Origin: a virus
Virus record (IMG/VR): IMGVR_UViG_3300013307_000002
Coordinates: 1 to 64,000 of that record
Reading direction: 5' to 3' (one strand)
Length of the DNA: 64,000 nt
The stretch's first letter is position 1. Each line of letters opens with the position of its first letter. Shown piece after piece: positions 36,927-47,325 of the stretch. The notes beneath the pieces are model-generated. The model did no database searches and was not told the origin of the DNA. It worked only from the letters and a program-made list of their open reading frames with translations. The position numbers and the translations under genes are program-made.

Positions 36927-37808
36927 ATGATTCGTCTTAAAATTAATAATGTCGATGTAGCCTTAAATCAGGTTTCATTCTCAGATGGAGCTAAGAGCTT
37001 ATCACTTCGTGGTGCCTTACCTACCTACTGTAATAACGCCACCATTGAAGCAACACCCGATGGCAGCCTTCCAGAGCTTTTCTTTGAAATTGCTCAATGT
37101 GTAGATGTTCTTCGTCAGAAGAATAATCGCATTGAAATTAAACTGATCATGCCTTACATTCCATATGCAAGACAAGATCGTCCAATGGTGCGCAACGATT
37201 CCTTCTCTCTCAGAGTGTTCGCTGATTTACTCAACAGCTTAAACCTCGATAAAGTTATTGTTGTCGATGCCCATAGCAATGTAAGCACCGCGTTAATTCG
37301 TAACTGTGTGCATATCGAGCAGCATCAGCTCATTTCATATTCTCCGATTCTGGTTATCTTCCCTAAAGATTGCGTTCTGGTTGCTCCAGACGAAGGATCT
37401 CTGAAGAAGATTAATAAGGTTGCTGATGTTGTTAAGCCTGCTGGCGTTGTTGTAATGTCTAAAGAGCGTGACGTTTCGACAGGACAAATTATTGGATCTT
37501 CGATTGTGTCTAGCCCTTTCCAATCGTTAGAAGGTCGAACCTGTACGATTGTTGATGATATCTGCGATGGCGGAGCAACATTCATCAGTATCGCACAAAA
37601 GCTTAAAGAAGCTGGAGTTGAGCGTGTGTATCTCTGGGTTACTCATGGCATATTCAGTAAAGGTCTGACACCTTTGCTAGAGCAGGGTATTGATGGTGTC
37701 TACACCACAAACAGCCTGAACCAGTCTAAGCAACTTGACAAAGATTGGCGTGGTAAATTCTGCTCTTTCAACCTCTCTCCTATGATTTCCGCAAGAAGTT
37801 TAATGTGA
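36927..37808 (+). CDS. PRPP-synthetase-like enzyme (NARP1 Adps candidate)
   Basis: 'MPYIPYARQDR', 'VDAHS', 'VAPDEG', 'IVDDICDGGATF', 'VTHGIFS'. Confidence 0.9.
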   Translation: MIRLKINNVDVALNQVSFSDGAKSLSLRGALPTYCNNATIEATPDGSLPELFFEIAQCVDVLRQKNNRIEIKLIMPYIPYARQDRPMVRNDSFSLRVFADLLNSLNLDKVIVVDAHSNVSTALIRNCVHIEQHQLISYSPILVIFPKDCVLVAPDEGSLKKINKVADVVKPAGVVVMSKERDVSTGQIIGSSIVSSPFQSLEGRTCTIVDDICDGGATFISIAQKLKEAGVERVYLWVTHGIFSKGLTPLLEQGIDGVYTTNSLNQSKQLDKDWRGKFCSFNLSPMISARSLM

Positions 37809-37835
37809 TTACTATCTCTGATAATAGGATGTAAA

Positions 37836-39470
37836 ATGGATCTGAATCCGATTTTTGCAATTGATGGCTATAAAACTTCACATCGTGACCAATACCCATC
37901 AGGCACTGAGAAGGTGTACGGCAACTTTACCCCTCGCAGTAATAAGCACTTTGACTCTCCATTCTTTGCTAAACGCAAAGGTGGTAGCCCTCTGATTTGG
38001 GCTGGCTCTCAGGCGCTGGTTCTTCAGTGGTTGTGCAAAAACTTCAATCAGTATTTCTTCAATGCTGATAAAACTCGCACGGTCAATGAGTTCAAATCTT
38101 TTATGGACTCATATCTCGGCAAAAATGCTGTTTCTGTAGATGGCATTGCTGCACTTCATGACCTCGGATATCTGCCTCTGGAGATTAAATCTCTCCCTGA
38201 AGGTAGTTTCGTTGAAATGAAAACGCCAGTGCTTACCATCACAAATACTCTGCCTGAATTCTTCTGGCTGGTTAACTATCTGGAAACCCTGTTCAGCGCT
38301 GAGCTTTGGCCTGTAGCAACTGCTGCCACGATCGGTTTCAACTACCGCTGTATTGGCGAGTATTGGGCAGCCAAGACTTGTGACAATTCAGAGCACATTG
38401 GTTGGCAGTTCCATGACTTCTCTGCCCGTGGTGACATGGGTATGTGGGCTAACACTCTGGTTGGTATGGGGCATCTGTTCTCCTTCACCGGCACTGATTC
38501 AGTGGCTGCTCTGCGTCGTCTGCAAATGCAGTATGAGATTGATTGTCTGGATGGTGGTTCTATCCCAGCGACAGAGCATAGCGTGATGTGTATGGGGACT
38601 AAGGACGGTGAACTTGAAACGTTCCGCCGTCTTGTTCAAGATATCTATCCATCAGGCCCAATGGCAGCAGTGGGTGATACTTGGGATTGGTGGAAAGTCC
38701 TTCTTGAGTATGCTTCCCAACTGAAAGAGATTATTTTGTCCCGCGAAGGCAAAGTAGTTTTCCGTCCAGACTCAGGTGACCCGGTAGATATTATCTGCGG
38801 TGAGCAGTTCATCGATCTGGATAGTTGTACTCATCTTGGCGAAGCACTTACTACTATGCTGCGTGCTAGAGCTGAAGGTCTTGTTTGCCGTTTTAATGGC
38901 GAATATTTCCGTCTAGTTGACGGTGGCTTTGTTCAAGTTCCTGAACACATCATCAAAGGCTCTATTCAGTTGCTGTGGGAAATCTTTGGTGGCACGATCA
39001 ATAAGAAGGGCTTCAAAGTTCTGAACCCTAAAGTTGGTCTGATTTATGGTGATAGCATCACTATGGAACGTGCTGAAGAGATTTTCGAACGCTTAGCCAA
39101 TAAGAGCTTTGCGTCGTCCAACGTAGTGCTGGGTATTGGTTCTTATACCTATCAGTATGTTACTCGTGACACGTTTGGTTTTGCCATGAAAGCTACTTAT
39201 GGCGTTGTTAATGGCGAACCTCGTGAAATCTTTAAAGACCCTGCTACCGATGATGGGACTAAGAAGTCTCTGAAAGGTCTGCTATGCCACACGGTTAATG
39301 ATCGTGGTGAATGGTCAGTTAAAGATCAAGTAACCCCTGAAGAAGAGGCTAAGAGCGAGCTGACCACTATCTTTAAAGATGGTAAGGTCACTGGTCACAC
39401 TTCCCTTCAGGAAATTCGTAACCGCGTATCTTATGCGGTGTCTAAATTCGTGGCAGAACGTTCTGTCTAA
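37836..39470 (+). CDS. nicotinamide phosphoribosyltransferase-like enzyme (NARP1 Namat candidate)
   Basis: 'IDGYKTSH', 'HDFSARG', 'IPATEHSVM', 'RPDSGDP', 'IYGDSI', 'KDPATDDGTKKS'. Confidence 0.92.
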   Translation: MDLNPIFAIDGYKTSHRDQYPSGTEKVYGNFTPRSNKHFDSPFFAKRKGGSPLIWAGSQALVLQWLCKNFNQYFFNADKTRTVNEFKSFMDSYLGKNAVSVDGIAALHDLGYLPLEIKSLPEGSFVEMKTPVLTITNTLPEFFWLVNYLETLFSAELWPVATAATIGFNYRCIGEYWAAKTCDNSEHIGWQFHDFSARGDMGMWANTLVGMGHLFSFTGTDSVAALRRLQMQYEIDCLDGGSIPATEHSVMCMGTKDGELETFRRLVQDIYPSGPMAAVGDTWDWWKVLLEYASQLKEIILSREGKVVFRPDSGDPVDIICGEQFIDLDSCTHLGEALTTMLRARAEGLVCRFNGEYFRLVDGGFVQVPEHIIKGSIQLLWEIFGGTINKKGFKVLNPKVGLIYGDSITMERAEEIFERLANKSFASSNVVLGIGSYTYQYVTRDTFGFAMKATYGVVNGEPREIFKDPATDDGTKKSLKGLLCHTVNDRGEWSVKDQVTPEEEAKSELTTIFKDGKVTGHTSLQEIRNRVSYAVSKFVAERSV

Positions 39471-39494
39471 CAACCCAAAACAGAGGCTTAACTG

Positions 39495-40424
39495 ATGGGT
39501 AATCCATTCTGGTTGTATGTTGCACTAGCTGTAACTTTGGTAGTGTCTATCTTTGTTGATTTTATTGGTCACAAGGAAGGCAAAGAACAAACTTTGGCCT
39601 CAAGCGTTGTATGGTCATTGTTCTGGATTGCAGCAGCCGTAACACTCGGTGGTTATATCTACCTTGTTTATGGGTCAACTGCTGCCAGTGAATACTTCTC
39701 AGGCTATGCAATGGAGAAAGCACTCTCTATTGATAACTTGATGGTGTTTGTTGCTATCTTCTCGTTCTTCGGTATCAAAGACAGTTATCGAAAGCATAAG
39801 ATCCTGCTATGGGGTATTGCTGGAGCACTTGTGTTCCGTGCAATATTTGTAGCTTTAGGTACTACGTTGTTCCATCTACATTGGAGCGTCGAAGTTATCT
39901 TTGGCTTACTGGTTATCTTTTCAGCTTACGCTTTGGTCAAAGGTGGAGATGATGAAGAAGAGGAAAACTATAATGAAAAACCGTACATCAGGCTGGTTCG
40001 CAAGTTCTACCCTGTGGACTCAGACTCTAACAGTAGCCGCTTTTTTACTGTTAATAACGGTGTTCGTTATGTTACGCCTATGTTTCTTTGTCTGCTCACT
40101 GTTGAGCTTAGCGACATTATGTTTTCGTTCGACTCCGTGCCAGCAGTTATCGGAATCACGAAAGAGCCACCTCTGGTATATGCGGCGATGATTATGGCCA
40201 TTCTTGGCCTGAGAGCGCTGTTCTTCGTACTAGGCTGGATGATGAAGCATCTGACACGTCTCGACGCTTTCGTAGCACTTATTCTAGTGTTTGTTGGTGT
40301 TAAACTTGTTGGACACCCTTTTGGGTTGGAAATCGGGGCAACGCAAAGTCTTTATGTGGTGCTCGGTTTGCTGTTGGCTGGCGTACTTGTTTCTTTGGTT
40401 CTCCCTAAGAAAGAGAACGATTAA
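39495..40424 (+). CDS. terC: TerC/Alx family membrane protein
   Basis: 'EKALSIDNL.VF', 'LLWGIAGALVFR', 'ELSDIMFSFDSVPA', 'AILGLRALFF'. Confidence 0.92.
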   Translation: MGNPFWLYVALAVTLVVSIFVDFIGHKEGKEQTLASSVVWSLFWIAAAVTLGGYIYLVYGSTAASEYFSGYAMEKALSIDNLMVFVAIFSFFGIKDSYRKHKILLWGIAGALVFRAIFVALGTTLFHLHWSVEVIFGLLVIFSAYALVKGGDDEEEENYNEKPYIRLVRKFYPVDSDSNSSRFFTVNNGVRYVTPMFLCLLTVELSDIMFSFDSVPAVIGITKEPPLVYAAMIMAILGLRALFFVLGWMMKHLTRLDAFVALILVFVGVKLVGHPFGLEIGATQSLYVVLGLLLAGVLVSLVLPKKEND

Positions 40425-40686
40425 ACAGCATCACATATTGGACTCTAACAAGGAGGTTCAATATGTTCCACTTTCTGTTTATGTCAATGCTAACTTTTGC
40501 AACAGGTTATGCAGCTTGGCATGTCGTAGGATTCTTTATTGGTTGGATTCTTGAGCTGTTAGGTTATCAGTTAGAGTTCACGAACGATAAAGATGACGAA
40601 GATTCTGACGAAGAATAAGAGAGTTTTTAACTTCGAGGGTGTCAGTTATTCTGACTTCCCTCTTTTAAACATTCTCAGGAGGTAAT

Positions 40687-41043
40687 ATGTTTAGAGGTAA
40701 AAAATGGACTCCTGAAGCTATTGAAGCTTTTGGTAAGTCCTATGAAACAGATGGCCCGAAAGCAACCGCTGCTAAATACGGTTTAACAGTAAAACATACG
40801 TATTCCTTAGCAGGTCGGTATGGTTTTAAATCTAATCCCCATAAGAACAATTGGGATGAAGGTGATGATTATTTAGTGGTTGGCCTTCATTTAGAAGGTG
40901 TGAGCCACAAAGAGATAGCACGTAAGATGGATAAGACAGAGTGGCAAATTAGCGCTCTTATTGCCTCTTTACGGGCTAAAGGTAAGTTTGACGACTTAAT
41001 GAATCGTCATGTCCGTTCTAAGTTTAAATGGGTGAAACAATGA
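40687..41043 (+). CDS. helix-turn-helix DNA-binding protein
   Basis: two Trp-initiated repeats; 'GVSHKEIARKMDKT' HTH. Confidence 0.6.
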   Translation: MFRGKKWTPEAIEAFGKSYETDGPKATAAKYGLTVKHTYSLAGRYGFKSNPHKNNWDEGDDYLVVGLHLEGVSHKEIARKMDKTEWQISALIASLRAKGKFDDLMNRHVRSKFKWVKQ

Positions 41044-41327
41044 AATCTACAGCAGTTTTGACTAATCCAGTGGTTATTTGTACTGGAACTGCTATTGAAG
41101 CAGAAACAGGCACTGCAATCTGGTTAGGGTGGGGAAACATCAAAGATGATACTTCTTCAGTCGGAGATCGTCCTTTTCCTGATGGGACGCAAATTCGCAC
41201 TTCTCCCATCGAAGATATCGTAACTGAGGACGGAAAGCAGTATTTAGTCACCCGTAACTCAGTTTATGAGATTTCTGGCGAAATTAACTATCAAGGGCCA
41301 GTTTTCATTAAAAAAGCTGGTAATTGA
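41040..41327 (+). CDS. conserved phage hypothetical protein
   Basis: 'FPDGTQIRTS...VTRNSVY' motif seen in many phage proteins. Confidence 0.55.
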   Translation: MKSTAVLTNPVVICTGTAIEAETGTAIWLGWGNIKDDTSSVGDRPFPDGTQIRTSPIEDIVTEDGKQYLVTRNSVYEISGEINYQGPVFIKKAGN

Positions 41328-41589
41328 GTTTTAGCCCCTTTTCGGAGGGGTTTTTACTGAATTACTACACTAAACTCAATAATAGAAGGAAATATCATGT
41401 TTAAGCCAAAACCAACCCACGCTTCAGCTATGAAACTGTTCACCGAAGCGAAAAACGAGCTGGAAGCAGCTCAAGAGATCAACCGTGCTGAAAAAGCTGA
41501 ACTGACTGAAAAAATGTCAGCAGTTGAGAAAGAAGAAGCAGCTATTAACCAGTCTCTGTCCTTCTTCAACACCCTTTTCGGTACAAACA

Positions 41590-42060
41590 ATGCATAAGCA
41601 GCGTTTTCTGATTCCAAGCCTCATTTTAGGGGCTTTTCTCTTATCAGGGTGCGATGATAGTGATGTGTCTCGCACTAAATTCACTGCTGAACAGCAAATC
41701 CGGCTGGCAGAGATTAAATCTCAAGAACGTATTGAGTTAGCGCGTATTTCTAAAGAAGAAAATCGCCGAAATCTGCAAGCCCAACAGGAAGCTTCATATA
41801 ATGAAGATCGTGAAGTGTATCTCGATAGTTCTAATCGTCATAGCACTAGCGATGCTAACTATGATGGCGGGAATGGTGTGGGGTCTCACGTTCTTGCTGC
41901 CAGTGCTGGGGCTGTAGGCGGATATTTAGCTGGTAAAGCTATATCTAAGCCTGATAATCAGCAAAAAGTTTCTCAGTATAAGCGTAAAGCCTATACTCAA
42001 TACCGCTTTGCTAAAAGCAAGGCATCTTCAAAATATCGTTCTCTGAAAAAACGCAAATAA
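41590..42060 (+). CDS. putative lipoprotein
   Basis: 'LLSGC' lipobox, glycine-zipper and basic tail. Confidence 0.55.
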   Translation: MHKQRFLIPSLILGAFLLSGCDDSDVSRTKFTAEQQIRLAEIKSQERIELARISKEENRRNLQAQQEASYNEDREVYLDSSNRHSTSDANYDGGNGVGSHVLAASAGAVGGYLAGKAISKPDNQQKVSQYKRKAYTQYRFAKSKASSKYRSLKKRK

Positions 42061-42358
42061 AAGGTAATAGCAAATGCTTAAAATTCACGTAAAGTTGTTA
42101 GCTAAAATTCGTTTAATTTCTCTGCGTGACATGGAAGTCGGCATGGTCTATCGAGGGTATAAGGGATTACCCAAAATCGTAGTCCATAAAACTCGTTGTA
42201 CTGTTGTTGTTCGTAATCTTGGGGAGGAAAAAACATTCCCCTTCAGTATTACACGAAAAGCAGGCACTAAGCCTTTCCAAGTATTTGCTTTTACTCGTAA
42301 TGACCAGAGTGATATTGATACACTGGTAAGTAAAACCCCTGCCAAATAAGGATCTGTC

Positions 42359-42736
42359 GTGGCTAAACTTCGTCCAATTGTCGGTACTGTAGCAAATCTG
42401 TCTCTTCTTACTGAAATCGCTGAGCGTAATGTTGTTTCAGCACAAGAGCAGGCTCAGTATTTCTTCAAAGCCATTCAGGCAGCTCGTAAAAAGCTGAATG
42501 AAACGATCAGTCGTCAAAAAAACATCAAAGCAACAATTCGTCGTCGTGCTAAGTTGGGTAATATGCCGAAAGGCGCTTTTAAAGACCTGCTTAACATGAA
42601 AGCTGAGGCTGCTTACAAAGAGTCTCAGATTCGTGCTGAAATTGAAAGCTTCAAATCTAATTTGAATGTTTGTCGTGAAGTAGAATTCAGCTACGCTTCA
42701 ATGTTGAAGTTGATTGACCTTCAATCCGATAAGTAA
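42359..42736 (+). CDS. hypothetical coiled-coil protein
   Basis: 125-aa ORF in operon. Confidence 0.6.
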   Translation: MAKLRPIVGTVANLSLLTEIAERNVVSAQEQAQYFFKAIQAARKKLNETISRQKNIKATIRRRAKLGNMPKGAFKDLLNMKAEAAYKESQIRAEIESFKSNLNVCREVEFSYASMLKLIDLQSDK

Positions 42737-42744
42737 GGGTATTT

Positions 42745-43914
42745 ATGTTCCCGGTGACTCTTGAAAGCGTCGGGGGTTTGTTGCAAACGTATCAGACCCC
42801 TTGTTATGGTTTCCTTCATGAAGGTGAGTGGTGGAGTGAGAATTATGCATTCGTTGATGGCTGGCAAAACATGGTCAGTTATCCGTATCATTCCGCTTCA
42901 CCACAACAGCCTTTTGGGTTCTACTGCCTACAAAACTATGGGTCTACGGTTTTTTCAGAAGAAGATAGAATCGAGTTAGATGATCTTCGTTATATCTGGA
43001 ATAGTGGCGCTGTTCTTCCGACTGTAGGTTTGGGTAAAGATAATAATCCCAAAAACCCTATTGCTAAGCAGCATTGGGGTAGCTCAAAGATCTCCTATGG
43101 TGAAGAACCAGCAACACCAGTGGATAATGTAGCTCTGTGGAGCCAAGCATCTGGAATACCTTACACTCGTAAGGAGTTCTTAGAAGCTCTTGAATCTTGG
43201 ATTGATGCTGGAAGAAGTTCCGCAATGGTTTGGGATCATCGTGGCTTCATGGGTGTTCGAGCTGATGTTCCTGCTGACAGGGCTTTGTTTTATCTCATGG
43301 TAGATAGAGAGCTTTGGGATAATGATGTGAAGTCTAAGACTAACTTCATTATGGATCAGATTCATAAGAAGGGACGTAATCCTATGATTGCCTTCCTCAT
43401 GAGTCGATTAGTCTCGATTGAAACCAATGCTGTTGGTCAGACTAAGATGTACTACACTGGCAACACAGGGGATAACTGTATTTTACCTGATTCTTTACTG
43501 GTTAAAGGGTTAGGTTCTAAGTACAAAGAACCTCTTGCTGTCGAGTGGGAGCAATCTTGCTATTCTGACAACTGTCCGCATGAAAGGGATGAAGATATCG
43601 ATGAAAGAAAAGGTGGCTGGTACTTCGAATCAGAAGAGTTCTGCGCTACTGTTTCCAACTCAATGTTTAACCCACTGTTCATGCTAGAGCAAAGCAGCAC
43701 CTCTGCCGTCTCCCTGATTGGGGAAGGTGAAGAAGCTACTCCGATTAATAAGCTATTCGGGATTGAAGTGCTAGGTGAGTCTGTATTCCGATCTAGTAAC
43801 TATCGATATTGGGAAATTGGTGAAATTATCAATGCCCTATCGGAAAGCGACGAAACAAAAATCCCTTCCTCAGAGTGGGAAGATGTTATGTATAAACTCC
43901 TTATGGGTGAATAA
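42745..43914 (+). CDS. hypothetical protein (amidoligase-cluster associated)
   Basis: 389-aa ORF heading the ligase cluster. Confidence 0.7.
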   Translation: MFPVTLESVGGLLQTYQTPCYGFLHEGEWWSENYAFVDGWQNMVSYPYHSASPQQPFGFYCLQNYGSTVFSEEDRIELDDLRYIWNSGAVLPTVGLGKDNNPKNPIAKQHWGSSKISYGEEPATPVDNVALWSQASGIPYTRKEFLEALESWIDAGRSSAMVWDHRGFMGVRADVPADRALFYLMVDRELWDNDVKSKTNFIMDQIHKKGRNPMIAFLMSRLVSIETNAVGQTKMYYTGNTGDNCILPDSLLVKGLGSKYKEPLAVEWEQSCYSDNCPHERDEDIDERKGGWYFESEEFCATVSNSMFNPLFMLEQSSTSAVSLIGEGEEATPINKLFGIEVLGESVFRSSNYRYWEIGEIINALSESDETKIPSSEWEDVMYKLLMGE

Positions 43915-43917
43915 AAA

Positions 43918-44769
43918 ATGTCAACATCCTTTCTGTCCGCTCCCTCTGTCCCTCTACGAAATGGGAGAGTAGTGGAGCAATCCCGTAGAGCGTGCTTCGG
44001 TGAGTATAATCGACTTTCTGATGAAGCTAGAAGCACACTGGAAGTCATGGAGTGGCACCCAGAAACATCTAACGGGTATAAACAGGCAAAGGAATGTCGT
44101 GAATTTATTAGCAGCTTTGGTTTCTGGAAAGATGTGTATCGAGTGACAACACTGAGTGGAATGGCTGCTGATATCCGAGATAAACCTGCTGATTTAATTA
44201 TCACTGGTTTCATGGCGGCAAGAAACTTTAGCCAGCGTCAGTATGAGTTTTTGGCAGATGGCGGTTCTTTCCCTGAAGGAACTACCTATCTTGATTCGTG
44301 CCGATACAGCTTTCTTGCCTCAGTGATTGGCGGGTCTGTTGGGGCTTTTGGTTTCAACTACACCGACCCGCGTAATGGCGAGAGTGGTCTTTGTCGTTTG
44401 TTAGAAGAAGATGATGCTTATGGCTTATATCTTCTGGCGTTTGGTAGTAAAGAAGAGTGTGAAGGGGCTTTCTTTCAACATCCACTGTTTACTCCGGGCA
44501 CCCCTAATGACAACGGTTATCTGAGAGATGATCACCGTACCACTGCACGGAGCATGATGCGCCAGATGGGCTACACACCTCAGCAAGTAGATGTGTGGCG
44601 ATCAATGTCTGATTGGCTCCGGCTGTTCCTGACCTCATCTAAAGCTCAGGCTTCTGGTAAGTTAGGTCGCTTAACTGTAGGACAGTTTATCTCTCGTCAT
44701 TCACAACGTGGTAATGATATTACTACCTTCGTATCTATGTTTGAAGAACTTAAGGATATGTACTCATGA
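43918..44769 (+). CDS. hypothetical protein (amidoligase-cluster associated)
   Basis: 283-aa ORF overlapping the ligase start. Confidence 0.7.
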   Translation: MSTSFLSAPSVPLRNGRVVEQSRRACFGEYNRLSDEARSTLEVMEWHPETSNGYKQAKECREFISSFGFWKDVYRVTTLSGMAADIRDKPADLIITGFMAARNFSQRQYEFLADGGSFPEGTTYLDSCRYSFLASVIGGSVGAFGFNYTDPRNGESGLCRLLEEDDAYGLYLLAFGSKEECEGAFFQHPLFTPGTPNDNGYLRDDHRTTARSMMRQMGYTPQQVDVWRSMSDWLRLFLTSSKAQASGKLGRLTVGQFISRHSQRGNDITTFVSMFEELKDMYS

Positions 44770-45560
44770 GTTTCACTATCGGAACCGATCCAGAGCTGTT
44801 CACCCGTCGTCAAGGCAAAATCTCCTCAGTAGCAGGTCTGCTGGGCTGTAGTAAGTCTGAGAAGTTGCATCTTAGTCAGAACGTTCGTCTGCAAGAAGAT
44901 AATGTTCTTGCTGAATTCGATATTAACCCTTGTAAGGGTTTTGAGCAGTTCGATGCAACTGTGCAGGAAGGTCTGGATCTTACTCAGGCGCTTCTGGCTA
45001 AGCATGGCCTTGAGATTGCTAACGGTGTTAGTAGTCACATTTTCTCTGAAGAAGAGATGAAAAGCTTCCATAAGAGTGCTTTTGAGTTTGGATGTACTCC
45101 AGACTATAATGCTTTTACTGGTCGTCAGAACGCTTCTCCTTCAGCAGCAGATCCCGGCCTTCGTACTGCCGGTGGTCACATCCACATCGGTTATGCTGAA
45201 ACAATTCCAGTCACCAAACAAAACCAGTTAACTGCTGGCGTTCTGTGTGACTATTTCCACTCACTTCCAGCGATGTTTATGGATGGTGATGAACGTCGTA
45301 AAGAGCTTTACGGCAAAGCAGGTGCAATTCGTTTCAAAGATTACGGTATCGAATATCGTTCTCTTAGTAATTTCTGGGTAACAGATAAGAATCTGCGTCG
45401 TGTCATTTACGACCAGACAGAGAAAGTTGTTCAGTTCTTGGGAACAGATAAGCTGCTTCAGCTCAACTCCCTGCTGCCTGTACAGCGTTTACAGACCATC
45501 ATTAACACTAATGATAAGCGTACAGCAGAATCTTTCTTATCTCGTTTGGGTATTATTTAA
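44766..45560 (+). CDS. phiEco32-like COOH-NH2 ligase type 2
   Basis: 'IGTDPELF', 'QEDNVLAEF', 'FGCTPDYNA', 'RTAGGHIHIG', 'YGIEYRSLSNFW'. Confidence 0.9.
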   Translation: MSFTIGTDPELFTRRQGKISSVAGLLGCSKSEKLHLSQNVRLQEDNVLAEFDINPCKGFEQFDATVQEGLDLTQALLAKHGLEIANGVSSHIFSEEEMKSFHKSAFEFGCTPDYNAFTGRQNASPSAADPGLRTAGGHIHIGYAETIPVTKQNQLTAGVLCDYFHSLPAMFMDGDERRKELYGKAGAIRFKDYGIEYRSLSNFWVTDKNLRRVIYDQTEKVVQFLGTDKLLQLNSLLPVQRLQTIINTNDKRTAESFLSRLGII

Positions 45561-45569
45561 GGGGGCTAT

Positions 45570-46175
45570 ATGAGCTTGCTTCGTGACTATAATCACTATT
45601 ACCAGCAATCTTGGGTAGGGGTGAAAGAGGGTAATCTTCTTCTCCCTATCTATGTTGAGCAGGTTATTGACAGTAGTGATTATGACAGAGATGATTACTC
45701 GGAAGAACACAGAGCGCGTCTTGAAATACACGGTTATCGCTACACTAAGAATAGTCGTGGTCGCGTGTCTGGTTCTCGTTTTTCTATCTCTGTTCTTGAT
45801 GAAAGTCTTGTTCTGGAATCTCCAGACGTAGGTTACATCTCAAACGGTCATGATGTTCGTTGGGCGGTTATCCGTCCAGTTCGTCAGCGCATGAAAGGCA
45901 TGGTAAGCAATAAGGTTGTTGGTACAAGTTTGGGTCGTAGCAATGAAAATGCTTCGATTATCTACAACCTGTTTAATCCTGAATTTGAAGGTATGATTAA
46001 TCGCTATATGTTTGTAGCTCCGTCTGACAATCACATCTATTATAAAGGTGCGAAAGTTGGGGTAATTACAGAAACTGGTGTTAATATTATCTCTCGGTTC
46101 TCTTACCTGCTTCCTATGCTTACCGCGTGTGAGCAGTATCGTGATTTACCTGTAACTCCTGTAGAGGCTCTATGA
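45570..46175 (+). CDS. hypothetical protein
   Basis: 201-aa ORF between the two ligases. Confidence 0.7.
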   Translation: MSLLRDYNHYYQQSWVGVKEGNLLLPIYVEQVIDSSDYDRDDYSEEHRARLEIHGYRYTKNSRGRVSGSRFSISVLDESLVLESPDVGYISNGHDVRWAVIRPVRQRMKGMVSNKVVGTSLGRSNENASIIYNLFNPEFEGMINRYMFVAPSDNHIYYKGAKVGVITETGVNIISRFSYLLPMLTACEQYRDLPVTPVEAL

Positions 46176-47308
46176 CCACTGTACAGTCTGTATTTAATCA
46201 TCGTCCCCCACGGCTTAGCAGCCCGCATCCAAAAATCGCATTCAATGCCGGCGTTGGTATTGAGTTAGAGGTTGAGGGTGTAAGTCACATTGATGTACCC
46301 CTCTGGAACTGCACTGAAGATGGCTCACTTCGTAATGGTTGTGAGCTGGTTTGTGCTAATCCTTACTCTGGCGTTCAGTTGTATGAAGCGATTGAAAACC
46401 TCAGCGAATCAGTAACTCGTAGCGGTGCTCAAGGCACTTGGCGCTGTTCCACTCACGTTCACTTAGATGTTCGTGATTGTGATGATAACACGCTGAAGAA
46501 AGTCATTCTTGCATGGGCTTTTTATGAAAAGCTCCTGTTTAAATGCTCTGGTTTCCATCGTTATCGTAGTAACTTCTGTCCGGCGTTTGCTGTTGTTCAG
46601 GCTCAGCTTTTAAACGCTTCTATAGCGTTCAATCATTCTGGTGAAAACTTCTTTCATCGTCTGGTTAGTTGCTGGGATAAATACACTTCACTGAATCTGC
46701 TCCCTTTGATGCAGTTCGGTAGTGTTGAATTCAGAATTTCTGAGCCTAAGTGGAAGCGTACTAACCTGTTGAATCTGGTTAACCGTTTCTTAACTCTGAA
46801 AAAACTGGCTGTAGAAAACAGTCATCTGACACATCAAGCTTTTATTGATATGTTACGTGATTTAGGTTTCTCTGCAATGATGGAATATCTGCCGCTTGAT
46901 TATATGCTTGACCAGAGAGATCTGGATGATGGGTATATTCTGGCGAATGATGTTCTTAATGTTCGTGCAAGAGAGACTACTGTTGTTTCTCGTGTTACTC
47001 TTAATGTTCTGAATGCTGAAGCTATTGATAACTACGTAGTGGAAGATGTTCGTTCTGTATTGAATAACTGGACACACTATGCAGGGCACTGTGTATCTAA
47101 GAATGAGTTGTACGCTAACATTTTTAGAGAGATCTTTTCGACAGGTTCACCTCGTTCTGTAGATAGTTGTAATCTCGGAATGATTAGCCGGTTGATCGAA
47201 GAGTGGAAAGTTATTGCGCAAAGTCGTGCCGACACTGACAGTGAGATCAATGAGATTATCCTGTCGAACTGGACTAATGAATTAAGTCGTTTTATTGAAA
47301 ATCTTTAA
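46172..47308 (+). CDS. putative amidoligase (glutamine-synthetase-like COOH-NH2 ligase)
   Basis: 'GIELEVE', 'EDGSL', 'CSTHVHLD', 'KYTSLNL', 'GSVEFR'. Confidence 0.88.
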   Translation: MTTVQSVFNHRPPRLSSPHPKIAFNAGVGIELEVEGVSHIDVPLWNCTEDGSLRNGCELVCANPYSGVQLYEAIENLSESVTRSGAQGTWRCSTHVHLDVRDCDDNTLKKVILAWAFYEKLLFKCSGFHRYRSNFCPAFAVVQAQLLNASIAFNHSGENFFHRLVSCWDKYTSLNLLPLMQFGSVEFRISEPKWKRTNLLNLVNRFLTLKKLAVENSHLTHQAFIDMLRDLGFSAMMEYLPLDYMLDQRDLDDGYILANDVLNVRARETTVVSRVTLNVLNAEAIDNYVVEDVRSVLNNWTHYAGHCVSKNELYANIFREIFSTGSPRSVDSCNLGMISRLIEEWKVIAQSRADTDSEINEIILSNWTNELSRFIENL

Positions 47309-47325
47309 AAATAGAGGATTATAAG

